DNA of 64,000 nt from the NCBI GenBank assembly GCA_947601445.1, contig CANQGD010000004.1, positions 1,108 to 65,107 on the forward strand, written 5' to 3'. A program made the translations under genes and the position numbers. This document shows positions 53,998-62,642 of this stretch, piece by piece (position 1 is the first letter of the stretch; the number at the start of each line of letters is the position of its first letter). The notes under the pieces were generated by a model. That model worked only from the letters and a program-made list of their open reading frames with translations. It ran no database searches and was not told the origin of the DNA. Source of the stretch: an uncultured Clostridia bacterium (GTDB taxonomy: Bacteria > Bacillota > Clostridia > Christensenellales > CAG-314).

Positions 53998-55896
53998 TTA
54001 TTTTGTTGGTTTGATATTATTTTGTTTGTTTAACGTTTTTTTGATCACCATGGCGCGCATAGCATTGAGTATTGCCAAGAAACACACTCCGACATCTGCT
54101 AAAATTGCTATTATCATTCCGTAAGGCAGCATATCCAATATGCCGATAACGGAAAGAATAAGCACGGCAAATTTTATTACAAGCGAAATTACTATATTCT
54201 CGTGAACTATATTTAACGTCTTTTTGGCAATTCGCTTGGCGTCGGCTATGGCTGACGGGTTGTCTTGCATCAATACTACATCTGCCGTTTCTATTGCCGC
54301 GTCGCTACCCATTGCGCCCATCGCTATACCTACGTCGGCAGTCGCAAGCACGGGGGCGTCATTTATGCCGTCTCCTACAAACGCGACGGTGTTTTTACCC
54401 GTCTTTAACGTTTGTAAATTTTCCGCTTTTTGTTGCGGAAGCAATTCCGCAAGATACATATCAACGTTGACTTTGTCGGCAATTTGTTTTGCCGTTTCGG
54501 CATTGTCACCGGTCAGCATTACAGTTTTACAGCCCATTTCGCGAAGCGATTCAATGGCTTGTTGCGAGTCGCTTTTCAATTCGTCGGCGATAACAATATA
54601 TCCGACGAACTTACCGTTTTCCGCAACATAAACCGTGGTTCCGCCGTTCGTTACGGGACATTCGATCCCGAAGTCTTGCAAGAATTGCGCGTTGCCGCAC
54701 AGTATTTCGGAAGTTTCGGTCAAAGCTTTTAATCCTTTGCCGGCAATTTCCGTAATTTTGGCAGGTACGTCGGTTTTTACTTCTCGCATGATAGAGGCGG
54801 CTATGGGGTGATTGCTGTATTGTTCGGCAATGGCTGCAAGTTTCAAAACGCGTTGACGGTTCTCTTCGGGATATACTTTTGTGACAACAAAGTTTCCTTT
54901 GGTCAAAGTTCCCGTTTTGTCAAATGCAATAATATCTGTTTTGGCAAGTTGTTCGAGGTAATTGCTTCCTTTTACCAATATGCCTCGCTTGCTTGCGGCA
55001 GCTATTCCGCCGAAGAATCCAAGCGGTACGGAAATTACCAATGCGCACGGACAGGAAACAAACAGGAACATCATTGCTCGTTTAAGCCATATACGCCAAT
55101 AATCCCAGATTGCAAAGTTGCCTGTCACAAGCGGAGGCAACACGCCCACAAGCACTGCAAGGGCGACGACGACCGGAGTATAGTATTTGCTGAATTTCGT
55201 TATGAAATTTTCCGCCGGTGCTTTTTGCGATGTTGCATTTTCGACGAGGTCGAGAATCTTTGCGACAGTACTGTCATCATAAGTGTTGGTGGCTCTCACA
55301 TAGAGAACGCCGTCCAAATTTATACACCCGGAAATCACATTATCGCCTGTTTTGACGTTGCGAGGAAGACTTTCTCCCGTTATTGCGGAAGTGTCTACAT
55401 TACATTCTCCGTCTACAATATTGCCGTCAAGCGGGATTTTGTCTCCCGCTTTTACCACAAATATTTCGCCGATAGCAATTTCCGACGGGTGTAAAGATAT
55501 TTCCTCGCCGTCACGTACTACGGTAGCTTCTTCCGGACGAATGTTCATCAATTTTGCAATATCCCGACGGCTTCTGCCCACCGCATAACGCTGAAAAACT
55601 TCACCTATTTGATAGAGTATCATTACTGCGGCAGCGTCGGCATATTCTCCGATTGCAAATGCGCCGATAGTGGCTATCGTCATTAAAAAGTTTTCATCGA
55701 AAACTTTGCCGTGTGCGATGTTTGTCACGGCTTTCCACAGCACATCATAACCCGCCACGAGAAATGCTGCCGCATACGTTGCAAAAAGTATTATCCAATC
55801 GGGAGCAATGGTGTGTTCGAGTATTATAGCTATGATTACAACCGCAGAAGCCACGGCGATTCGAATAACTGATTTGGTATTTCGCGACATAATCAT
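53998..55896 (-). CDS. Heavy-metal (Cd/Zn/Co-type) P1B ATPase lacking a fused HMA domain
   Basis: CPC in SCPCALVISVPLG, DKTGTLT, GDGINDAP, and 8 TM segments. The N-terminus begins directly with TM helices. Confidence 0.88.
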   Translation of the reverse strand: MIMSRNTKSVIRIAVASAVVIIAIILEHTIAPDWIILFATYAAAFLVAGYDVLWKAVTNIAHGKVFDENFLMTIATIGAFAIGEYADAAAVMILYQIGEVFQRYAVGRSRRDIAKLMNIRPEEATVVRDGEEISLHPSEIAIGEIFVVKAGDKIPLDGNIVDGECNVDTSAITGESLPRNVKTGDNVISGCINLDGVLYVRATNTYDDSTVAKILDLVENATSQKAPAENFITKFSKYYTPVVVALAVLVGVLPPLVTGNFAIWDYWRIWLKRAMMFLFVSCPCALVISVPLGFFGGIAAASKRGILVKGSNYLEQLAKTDIIAFDKTGTLTKGNFVVTKVYPEENRQRVLKLAAIAEQYSNHPIAASIMREVKTDVPAKITEIAGKGLKALTETSEILCGNAQFLQDFGIECPVTNGGTTVYVAENGKFVGYIVIADELKSDSQQAIESLREMGCKTVMLTGDNAETAKQIADKVNVDMYLAELLPQQKAENLQTLKTGKNTVAFVGDGINDAPVLATADVGIAMGAMGSDAAIETADVVLMQDNPSAIADAKRIAKKTLNIVHENIVISLVIKFAVLILSVIGILDMLPYGMIIAILADVGVCFLAILNAMRAMVIKKTLNKQNNIKPTK

Positions 55897-56111
55897 ATTT
55901 TCAATCGGCAGTCGGGTTCCGTCTTTCTGACGGTTGCCTTTATTTGTTTAATGATGTTCTCTAAATTTTCATCATCAAGTTCCAATGTCATACGCTGCAA
56001 CAAAAAGTTTATGTTGCAACTTTTTACACCGGGTATTTGACAGATATTACGTTCCATTTTAGCCGCGCAATTTGCGCAGTCAAGATCTTCCATTGCAATA
56101 ACCTTTTTCAT
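55893..56111 (-). CDS. Stand-alone heavy-metal-associated (HMA) domain protein
   Basis: 72 aa with DCANCAAKMERNI, as in the CadA N-terminal domain. ATGA overlap with the ATPase start. Confidence 0.75.
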   Translation of the reverse strand: MKKVIAMEDLDCANCAAKMERNICQIPGVKSCNINFLLQRMTLELDDENLENIIKQIKATVRKTEPDCRLKI

Positions 56112-56114
56112 AAA

Positions 56115-56465
56115 TTACTCCTTTATGTGTTCGAGCGCAAGGTTTATTATGCTAAGCACATGTTCGTCATCCAGGCTGTAAAAAATTTCTTTGCCGTTAC
56201 GTCTGTTTTTAACCAATTTTGCTTGTCTCAAAATGCGAAGCTGGTGCGACACGGCAGATTTAGTCATATTGAGTACAGCTCCTATATCGCAAACGCACAT
56301 TTCTGCCTGTGCCAAAGCGGACAGTATACGTATGCGAGTGGAATCACCGAATATTTTGAATAACTCCGCTACATCGTACAGCTCATTTTCGTCGGGCATA
56401 TCTACTGTAACTTGTTCGCATACTTCATCATGTATGTGATTTTCTTCGCAAAACAAATCTTTCAT
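56115..56465 (-). CDS. ArsR/SmtB-family metalloregulator (CadC/CzrA-like)
   Basis: ELFKIFGDSTRIRILSAL...CVCDI...SAVSHQLRILRQAKLV winged-helix signature. Confidence 0.85.
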   Translation of the reverse strand: MKDLFCEENHIHDEVCEQVTVDMPDENELYDVAELFKIFGDSTRIRILSALAQAEMCVCDIGAVLNMTKSAVSHQLRILRQAKLVKNRRNGKEIFYSLDDEHVLSIINLALEHIKE

Positions 56466-56492
56466 ATAAAACCTCTTTAATCCTGCAAACGG

Positions 56493-56508
56493 TTGAATAA
56501 TTGTTCAA
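56493..56508. promoter_or_regulatory. Probable ArsR/SmtB operator
   Basis: Dyad TTGAATAA/TTGTTCAA (7 of 8 symmetric) with TGAA-N8-TTCA as in CzrA/CadC boxes. It lies 9-24 nt downstream of the -10. Confidence 0.55.
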
Positions 56509-56516
56509 CTATTATA

Positions 56517-56545
56517 ATAATATGCTTGCCATGAAAAAATGTCAA
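56517..56545 (-). promoter_or_regulatory. SigA-type promoter of the arsR-HMA-ATPase operon
   Basis: On the minus strand: TTGACA, 17-nt spacer, TATTAT. Confidence 0.55.
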
Positions 56546-56667
56546 GTGTTTTTTAATATTTTTTTTAGATTATTCACAAGTCTGCATTGCAAGGCAGTAA
56601 CGTCAAATTCGTTTGGTTAATAGTATAAAAGTAGGGGCTTGCCCCGATAAAGTACAAGGAGAGTAAT

Positions 56668-57492
56668 ATGGGTTGTTGGTGGAACAATAATAGCTGCTGT
56701 CACAATGAAAGCAGTACAAATACGGTAATAATAGACAGAGGATTGCGTGGACCGCGCGGATTTACGGGACCTCAGGGCATAATGGGTCCTCCGGGCATCG
56801 GAATAACCGGACCTACCGGACCGCAAGGTATTCAAGGCATCCCCGGCGTAACGGGAGCGACGGGACCGCAGGGTTTGATCGGTCCGACAGGTGCTACCGG
56901 CCCTCAGGGTTTGCAAGGTATCCCGGGTGTAACGGGAGCAACCGGTCCGCAGGGTTTAATCGGACCCACCGGACCTGTCGGAGCAACAGGTCCCCAAGGC
57001 TTGATTGGACCCACCGGTGCGGAAGGAGCAATCGGACCGGCAGGTCCCGCAACAAACGGCTTGGCGGCATACGGCGGATTGTACAGCACTGCTGCGGACA
57101 CAATTTCCGTTCCCGCAACGCCCACGGTGGTGGCGGTTCCTTTGGCGACCGCGATGCCTGTGCTCAATGCGACAACGGGAGCAAACGGCGTTACGGTTAC
57201 CCAAGCGGGGGATTACGAAATTCAATACAAACTTGCGGGTGAAACGGATGTAGCGTCAACCATAACGTTGAGTGTAGACGTGAATGGTGTGATGTCTCCC
57301 TCATCGCCCGTTACACGCGATTTCGTCGCGGGCACGGAAAACGAGTTGGGCGGGAGCGAAATCGTCACACTGCCGGCAAACAGCACGGTTACGCTTCAAG
57401 TGATGGGCAGCACGGCGGCGACATTCACGCCCGCAGACAACGTAAATGCTTATCTTACCGTAAAAAAGCTGAATTCGGGAACAGTAGTGTAG
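56668..57492 (+). CDS. Collagen-like triple-helix repeat protein with BclA/C1q-like C-terminal domain (candidate exosporium or spore-surface protein)
   Basis: Cys-rich N-terminus [11 protein letters not shown], about 34 G-X-Y triplets (GPQ/GPT/GAT), and a ~145-aa beta-rich C-terminal domain. SD is AAGGAG. Confidence 0.85.
   Translation: MGCWWNNNSCCHNESSTNTVIIDRGLRGPRGFTGPQGIMGPPGIGITGPTGPQGIQGIPGVTGATGPQGLIGPTGATGPQGLQGIPGVTGATGPQGLIGPTGPVGATGPQGLIGPTGAEGAIGPAGPATNGLAAYGGLYSTAADTISVPATPTVVAVPLATAMPVLNATTGANGVTVTQAGDYEIQYKLAGETDVASTITLSVDVNGVMSPSSPVTRDFVAGTENELGGSEIVTLPANSTVTLQVMGSTAATFTPADNVNAYLTVKKLNSGTVV
56740..57051 (+). repeat. G-X-Y coding repeat tract with internal longer duplications
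   Basis: 9-nt periodicity. The block [18 protein letters not shown] occurs twice at the protein and DNA level. Confidence 0.85.
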
Positions 57493-57502
57493 GTAAAACA
57501 AA

Positions 57503-57529
57503 AACAGGACTGCTTTTTGCAGTCCTGTT
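57503..57529. terminator. Bidirectional terminator between the collagen-like gene and mgtE
   Basis: AACAGGACTGC-TTTTT-GCAGTCCTGTT flanked by A- and T-runs. Confidence 0.7.
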
Positions 57530-57545
57530 CGTTTTGTTGGGTATT

Positions 57546-58934
57546 TCAAGCTAAAAAAGGCGGTAAAATGCTCATGGAAATAAAACAGAAGATAATCAAC
57601 GACAAAGCGTCTACGATTGTTGTTATAAAGGGGCTTGCAACTACTGCCGGATCGAGTTTGCAAACCTTTGCAAGCAGCGGCATCATACATCCGACGATCT
57701 TTGCAATTACAACTGTTGCAAACAGCGACAAAGATACCGCAAGGCATATATACCAAGTATAGTTGTAGCCGAATGCCAAGCCGTCCAACAAATAGAGCTT
57801 TCCGAAACAAACAATCGCAAGGCAGGTTGCAAGCATAACGGAAACGCGCAGTTCCTTCCAAAGAACGCGCAGCGCGTCTTTCGGACGTATCTCTTCAAGC
57901 GCCAATCCGCGGATTACTGTAACGGATGCCTGACTTCCCGCATTTCCTCCTGTATCCATCAACATCGGAATACAAGCAAACAGCAGCGGGCTGAGCGCAT
58001 TGAGCCGCCCTTCAAAAGAGTTGATAATAAGTCCCGTAAAAGTAGCGGAGACCATAAGTATCAACAACCAAGGTATACGGTTTTTCCAAATTTGCCAAAC
58101 CGATTGCTCCATATAGGTATCGGTAGAGGGGGTTACTGCCGCCATTTTGGAAATGTCTTCGGTGGCTTCCTGTTGCATTACGTCCAATACGTCGTCTACC
58201 GTGACTATACCTACCATACGGTTTTCGCTATCCACAATGGGAATAGCGGACAAATCGTATTTGGAGATTTGTTGCGCAACGTATTCTTTGTCGTCGTTGG
58301 CTTCGGCGCAGATTATTTCCCGTTGCATAAACTCGGAAATTTCCGTATCATAGTCGTGCAGCAGTAAATCTTTTACCGTTACTCCTCCGATGAGCTTTCG
58401 TTTGGAATCGGTTACGTAGCAGTTGTATATTGTTTCCTTATCCAACGCGATTTTTCGAATCCGATCGAAACATTCTTTTACGGTCCAATTTTCTCGCAAA
58501 CTCACATATTCGACCGTCATGATCGTACCTGCGCTGTCGCGAGGATATTTGAGAATTTCGTTGATTTGTTTGCGAGTTTCCGCATCGGACTGTTTTATGA
58601 TACGTTTTACGACGTTGGCAGGCATTTCTTCGATTATATCCACCGTATCGTCCAAAAACATTTCGTCCAATACCGCTTTAAGTTCTGCATCGGTAAAACT
58701 GTTCAAAAGCAGTTCTTGTCCGTCGGAGGACATTTCTACGAAGGTTTCCGCGGCATTCTCTTTGCTCAACAATCGAAAGATCGGCAATATGTCTTTTTCA
58801 TTCATGGCATCGATCAACAGTGCGCTGTCCTGCGGTTGCAACTCGTTGATCAATCTTTTTATTTCGCGAAAATTTTTCTCGGAAAGCAGTTCCGTCACTT
58901 TTTCGGTAATTTTATCGAGTTCTCCGTATTCCAT
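57546..58934 (-). CDS. mgtE: Magnesium transporter MgtE
   Basis: N-terminal MgtE_N domain, tandem CBS, and five TM segments with GNAGSQ and PFITTIVD motifs. ATG 58934 follows AAAGGAGG. Confidence 0.9.
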   Translation of the reverse strand: MEYGELDKITEKVTELLSEKNFREIKRLINELQPQDSALLIDAMNEKDILPIFRLLSKENAAETFVEMSSDGQELLLNSFTDAELKAVLDEMFLDDTVDIIEEMPANVVKRIIKQSDAETRKQINEILKYPRDSAGTIMTVEYVSLRENWTVKECFDRIRKIALDKETIYNCYVTDSKRKLIGGVTVKDLLLHDYDTEISEFMQREIICAEANDDKEYVAQQISKYDLSAIPIVDSENRMVGIVTVDDVLDVMQQEATEDISKMAAVTPSTDTYMEQSVWQIWKNRIPWLLILMVSATFTGLIINSFEGRLNALSPLLFACIPMLMDTGGNAGSQASVTVIRGLALEEIRPKDALRVLWKELRVSVMLATCLAIVCFGKLYLLDGLAFGYNYTWYICLAVSLSLFATVVIAKIVGCMMPLLAKVCKLDPAVVASPFITTIVDALSLIIFCFISMSILPPFLA

Positions 58935-58950
58935 TTGTACCTCCTTTTGC

Positions 58951-58983
58951 AAAAAAATGTCTGTACTTGTAACAGCACAGACA
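58951..58983 (-). terminator. M-box expression-platform terminator
   Basis: On the minus strand: TGTCTGTGC-TGTTACAA-GTACAGACA followed by TTTTTTT. Confidence 0.75.
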
Positions 58984-59004
58984 CACATCGACTCTCAAAT
59001 TGAC

Positions 59005-59165
59005 GTAGAGCAACGTCCAACCATTACAAGTTTTAGCATCATGGGGCTGTGTAATTGCGTTAGAATAAGCCTTGTTTTCGACAAATCCTGCTGCCCTGAC
59101 GGCGCGTGTCTCCACGCTATGTCGGTAGCAACCCGTATCCCCATGGTAGCCTCACCTACCGGATT
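59005..59165 (-). promoter_or_regulatory. M-box (ykoK-type) Mg2+ riboswitch aptamer
   Basis: The minus strand reads CCGGTAGGTGAGGCTACCATGGGGATACGGGTTGCTACCG...CAGGGCA...AAGGC...ATGCTAAAACTTG. This matches conserved M-box blocks of the B. subtilis mgtE leader, and it sits upstream of mgtE. Confidence 0.85.
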
Positions 59166-59179
59166 TATTATGTACTTTT

Positions 59180-59208
59180 ATTGTAGTTTGATTTTGCGTA
59201 TGTGTCAA
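59180..59208 (-). promoter_or_regulatory. SigA-type promoter of the M-box-mgtE transcript
   Basis: On the minus strand: TTGACA, 17-nt spacer, TACAAT. Confidence 0.6.
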
Positions 59209-59344
59209 CGGTTTTTGCAAAATTTTTTTATGTTTATATTGTTATCTTAATATATTGTATGTTTATGAAAACATAGCCGGTGCGCTTATCGGTTGACATT
59301 TATTATAGGATATAGTAAAATTTGATTACTGCAAGGTAACGGTT

Positions 59345-59728
59345 ATGAAAGAATACTATTTGGATCGACTTCATTGGATATTTCGATACACAAGTAAAAA
59401 CTTTTTTTACATATTATGCAAAACGCTCTGCATTGTCATAGGTTTGCCGATTTATGCGGTTTCCTTCTGTGTGGAAATGATTTTTACTTTTATCAATATG
59501 CTGTTCAGTTGGATACCGGTACTTAATGTTGTGGTAATGTTGTTGTGCAAAGCAATCGTATGGCTGTTTGGAAGTACTTTTTATATTTGTATACTTACCG
59601 ATATTCGCCGATATAAATCTTCACATCGCGTTTCGGATGATATTACGTTTTCCGAAGAGATTGAGGATGAAAATATTGCGTCAAGCGGCAATGAAGAAGC
59701 CGAAATTACGCAGGACGAATCGGAATAA
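59345..59728 (+). CDS. Small membrane protein with acidic C-terminal tail (127 aa)
   Basis: Three hydrophobic segments, then an EEIEDENIASSGNEEAEITQDESE tail. Weak SD. Confidence 0.5.
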   Translation: MKEYYLDRLHWIFRYTSKNFFYILCKTLCIVIGLPIYAVSFCVEMIFTFINMLFSWIPVLNVVVMLLCKAIVWLFGSTFYICILTDIRRYKSSHRVSDDITFSEEIEDENIASSGNEEAEITQDESE

Positions 59729-59778
59729 TGGGCGAGCCGCCGCGGTTCGCTCTTTTTAATTGCATAAAATGTCTTTTT

Positions 59779-59785
59779 TTCGACA
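59779..59785. promoter_or_regulatory. Consensus Spo0A box upstream of the spo0A-like gene
   Basis: TTCGACA is the complement of the TGTCGAA 0A-box consensus. It lies about 90 nt upstream of the start codon. Confidence 0.35.
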
Positions 59786-59875
59786 ATTTCTACTCTAAAT
59801 TCCTTTTTTCTTACTAAAAATCCAGTGCTAAATAGTGGTACAATAAAGGCACAAAGATAAAAGGAGATGTTGTTT

Positions 59876-60604
59876 GTGATTTCGATAGGTTTGATAGGGC
59901 AGGACGGACTCAAAGAAAAATTGCAGGAAAACGAAGAATTTAACGTTGTATTCGATGTTGAGGGCAAGGATGCACGGGCGAATTTGGACAGACAATTGCC
60001 TGATGTGGTAATCACGGAGCTTGTAATGAGCGGCGAAGACGGCTACGCTTTATTGGAAAAATACCATGACGCCAAATTTATTGTCGCCTCCGAGCTGAAA
60101 AGCGAAGTTTTTGTCATAAAAGCCATGGAATTGGGCGCAAAGTATTATCTTGTAAAACCGTTGGAATACGGCGTGTTGGAACAACGGATAATAAATGTTT
60201 ACGAAGGCGCGCGATTGGGAGGTAAAGTTGTGCGTCAAAAAAGCGTTTCGGAAAAGACTTTGGACGAACGTATCAGCAGTATTTTTGTCAGCGTCGGTAT
60301 TCCCGCACACATAAAGGGATACCAATTTCTGCGCGAGGGCATCAAGCTCGCAGTTGACAATCCGCCTATCATAAACGCCATTACAAAAAGTCTGTATCCG
60401 TCTATTGCCAAACGGTTCAACACAACGTCGAGCAAGGTGGAACGCGCAATTAGACATGCGATAGAAGTGGCATGGAATAGGGGAAAAATCGAAAATATCA
60501 ACAATATATTCGGAGTTAAAGTGTACAATTCGTCGGAAAAACCCACAAACGGAGAGTTTATCGCGCTGCTTGCCGACAAAATGCTGTTGGAGTGTGCCTA
60601 TTAG
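59876..60604 (+). CDS. spo0A: Spo0A-like sporulation transcription factor with degenerate receiver domain
   Basis: The C-terminal GIPAHIKGYQFLREGI...ITKSLYPSIAKRFNTTSSKVERAIRHAIEVAWNRG...KPTNGEFIALLADK is the Spo0A_C signature. The receiver has ITELVM instead of ILDIIM. GTG 59876 is favoured (AAAGGAG spacing); ATG 59867 is also possible. Confidence 0.8.
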   Translation: MISIGLIGQDGLKEKLQENEEFNVVFDVEGKDARANLDRQLPDVVITELVMSGEDGYALLEKYHDAKFIVASELKSEVFVIKAMELGAKYYLVKPLEYGVLEQRIINVYEGARLGGKVVRQKSVSEKTLDERISSIFVSVGIPAHIKGYQFLREGIKLAVDNPPIINAITKSLYPSIAKRFNTTSSKVERAIRHAIEVAWNRGKIENINNIFGVKVYNSSEKPTNGEFIALLADKMLLECAY

Positions 60605-60737
60605 CAAAAATGAAAATTTTGTAAAATTGTTAGCGAAATGGGTTGCCTTTCTTTGTCTGATATGTTATAATCAATTTGCGAGTTTATTGAGATACAATTG
60701 TTAAGTCGCACAGCTAATTCAGACGGAGAAATGCCCT

Positions 60738-61322
60738 ATGCAGTACTTAAAGAAGGAAATCAGAGAGAGAATTTTGGCGGCGGCGGTGGAAGAATTTAAG
60801 GAAGAGGGCTATTCCGATGCGTCCATTCGCAACATCGCCAACAATGCGGAAATTTCACTCGGAAATGTTTACAGATATTACACTAACAAAGAGTCGCTTT
60901 ATTTTGCCGTGATCAATCCTTTTATGGCAAGTATAAAGCAATTTGTAGATAACGATTTTACTTTTAACGAAAGTTCCATGAAAGAAATCTCCGAGAAGGT
61001 AATTGCTTTCATAATGAAATACCATGATGAATTGCTTGTAATACGTAAAGGAAACACGATACACTACGATACCTTTGTAAATTATATCATTGAACTCATT
61101 GCGTTGAAAATTAAAGAAATGGTGCAAAGCGTTTTCCCCGAAATTGACAAAAAAATCGAAAATCCCGATTTTTACAGCGCCGTTGCGGAGGGATTTTTGA
61201 CAAGTTTCTTTAAAATATTGAACAATAATGACTCCAAAGAAATTTTGGAACGCAAAGCGCGTGAGTTGATTACCTTCTATTTCGGACATATGAAGGACAG
61301 ATTCAGACATTTTGACGCGTAA
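60738..61322 (+). CDS. TetR/AcrR-family transcriptional regulator
   Basis: N-terminal HTH ILAAAVEEFKEEGYSDASIRNIANNAEISLGNVYRYY. Confidence 0.85.
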   Translation: MQYLKKEIRERILAAAVEEFKEEGYSDASIRNIANNAEISLGNVYRYYTNKESLYFAVINPFMASIKQFVDNDFTFNESSMKEISEKVIAFIMKYHDELLVIRKGNTIHYDTFVNYIIELIALKIKEMVQSVFPEIDKKIENPDFYSAVAEGFLTSFFKILNNNDSKEILERKARELITFYFGHMKDRFRHFDA

Positions 61323-61340
61323 TAATAAATATTTGCGAGG

Positions 61341-61362
61341 CACGCTTTCGAGCGTGTTTTTT
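61341..61362 (+). terminator. Intrinsic terminator after the TetR gene
   Basis: CACGCT-TTCG-AGCGTG followed by TTTTTTG. Confidence 0.7.
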
Positions 61363-61589
61363 GCTTTTCGAGATATTGCAGTGTTTATTGCAGCTCTTTC
61401 AGGTTTCTTTCGAAATTGACAATAATTCAAATATAATTTTTGTGTGTTTTGCTAAAAGATTTTTGTACGATTTCGGGTTGTTCCTCGTCAATTAAATTTT
61501 TCGTATGACGAGCCAACCTTTCTGTGTTTTTATTGATATTTATTATTAATAATCTCTTTGTCGTTCGTCATAATTTCTCCCTTTTAACG

Positions 61590-61736
61590 TTATAAGCCTA
61601 AAATTTGTTTTTTCTTTTGTTCAAATTCTTCTTCGGTAATTAGTCCATCTTTGCACATTTCTTGCAATGTAAGTATTTGTTGTTTAATATCTTCATTTAG
61701 AGTTATCGCTATTCGGTTAAATTTTGTTGAAGGAAC
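61590..61736 (-). pseudogene. Start-less ORF remnant ending in a SHOCT-like motif
   Basis: A 48-codon open frame bounded by an upstream in-frame TAG, with no plausible start. The C-terminus LQEMCKDGLITEEEFEQKKKQILGL fits the SHOCT short C-terminal domain. Confidence 0.3.
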
Positions 61737-61994
61737 CTAAATATATTTTTTACTTAATAAGCGTCAAACAAATTTTATGCGTTATTTCTGTTTTTTGCAA
61801 AGTTGTTTTGCCGATTTGTTTTGCCGATCACACGAAAATTCTTCTTATCTGAGTATGTAAAAAATTTTAGCGTCGGTGAGTAGTATCGTCGTTTTATGTT
61901 GACTCGGAGTAATGTATTGTCGGTTTTAAGTTGATACAATCACGTTTTGCCAATCCTTCTCATACAATAAAATGACTATCATAGGAGGTAATCA

Positions 61995-62642
61995 ATGCCG
62001 GTAAACAATTTAGATGGCAACAATTGCAGTGAAAAAATATGTATTCAAGGTAAAAAGGTATTTGACGCTTGCGTCAAACAAACCACTTTACAACAAATCA
62101 CGGTAAGTATTTCGGATGTGAATCCCGGTTCCCCCGCCGTACCGCTTCGTTTTGTAAGCGCCAAGAGTACCACAACAAAAGGTATAATAGAAAATCTTGT
62201 CGTAGAACGTCTTACGGAACGTCCCAAATACGGTAGGGTACAAGCTGACGTAGTGGTACCCGTCGAAGTTACGTACATAGATAGCAACAATGAGGAAGGC
62301 AGCGGCATGGGCAGTGTAACCGTTCCGGTAGACGTTGTGATGTATTTGCCTGAGCCTTCGATAATACCGTACACTATCGAAGCAAGCGTTTCGGCGGTTA
62401 GTCCCGAAGGTCAATACAGTCAAACCCAGGTTATAGATGGCGTTACGTACTACATTTTCGTAATCAACTGCTGCGTAACGGCTATTCTCAAAGTCACAAT
62501 GGATGTGGAGCTTATTGTTCCAAGCTACGGCTATGCTATCATACCGCCCTGTCAGGAATACACCGAGGAGGTTTGTTCGGGATACTTCGAGCTACCCTTG
62601 TTCCCGGGCGGGCGCACTCCAAACGGAGGGGGCAACAACTGA
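61995..62642 (+). CDS. Cys-containing beta-rich protein (215 aa), unknown family; possible spore-coat or surface protein
   Basis: Strong SD AGGAGG. No signal peptide. Cys pattern is C-X4-C-X9-C at the N-terminus, then CC and two more Cys later. CATACAATA lies upstream. Confidence 0.6.
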   Translation: MPVNNLDGNNCSEKICIQGKKVFDACVKQTTLQQITVSISDVNPGSPAVPLRFVSAKSTTTKGIIENLVVERLTERPKYGRVQADVVVPVEVTYIDSNNEEGSGMGSVTVPVDVVMYLPEPSIIPYTIEASVSAVSPEGQYSQTQVIDGVTYYIFVINCCVTAILKVTMDVELIVPSYGYAIIPPCQEYTEEVCSGYFELPLFPGGRTPNGGGNN

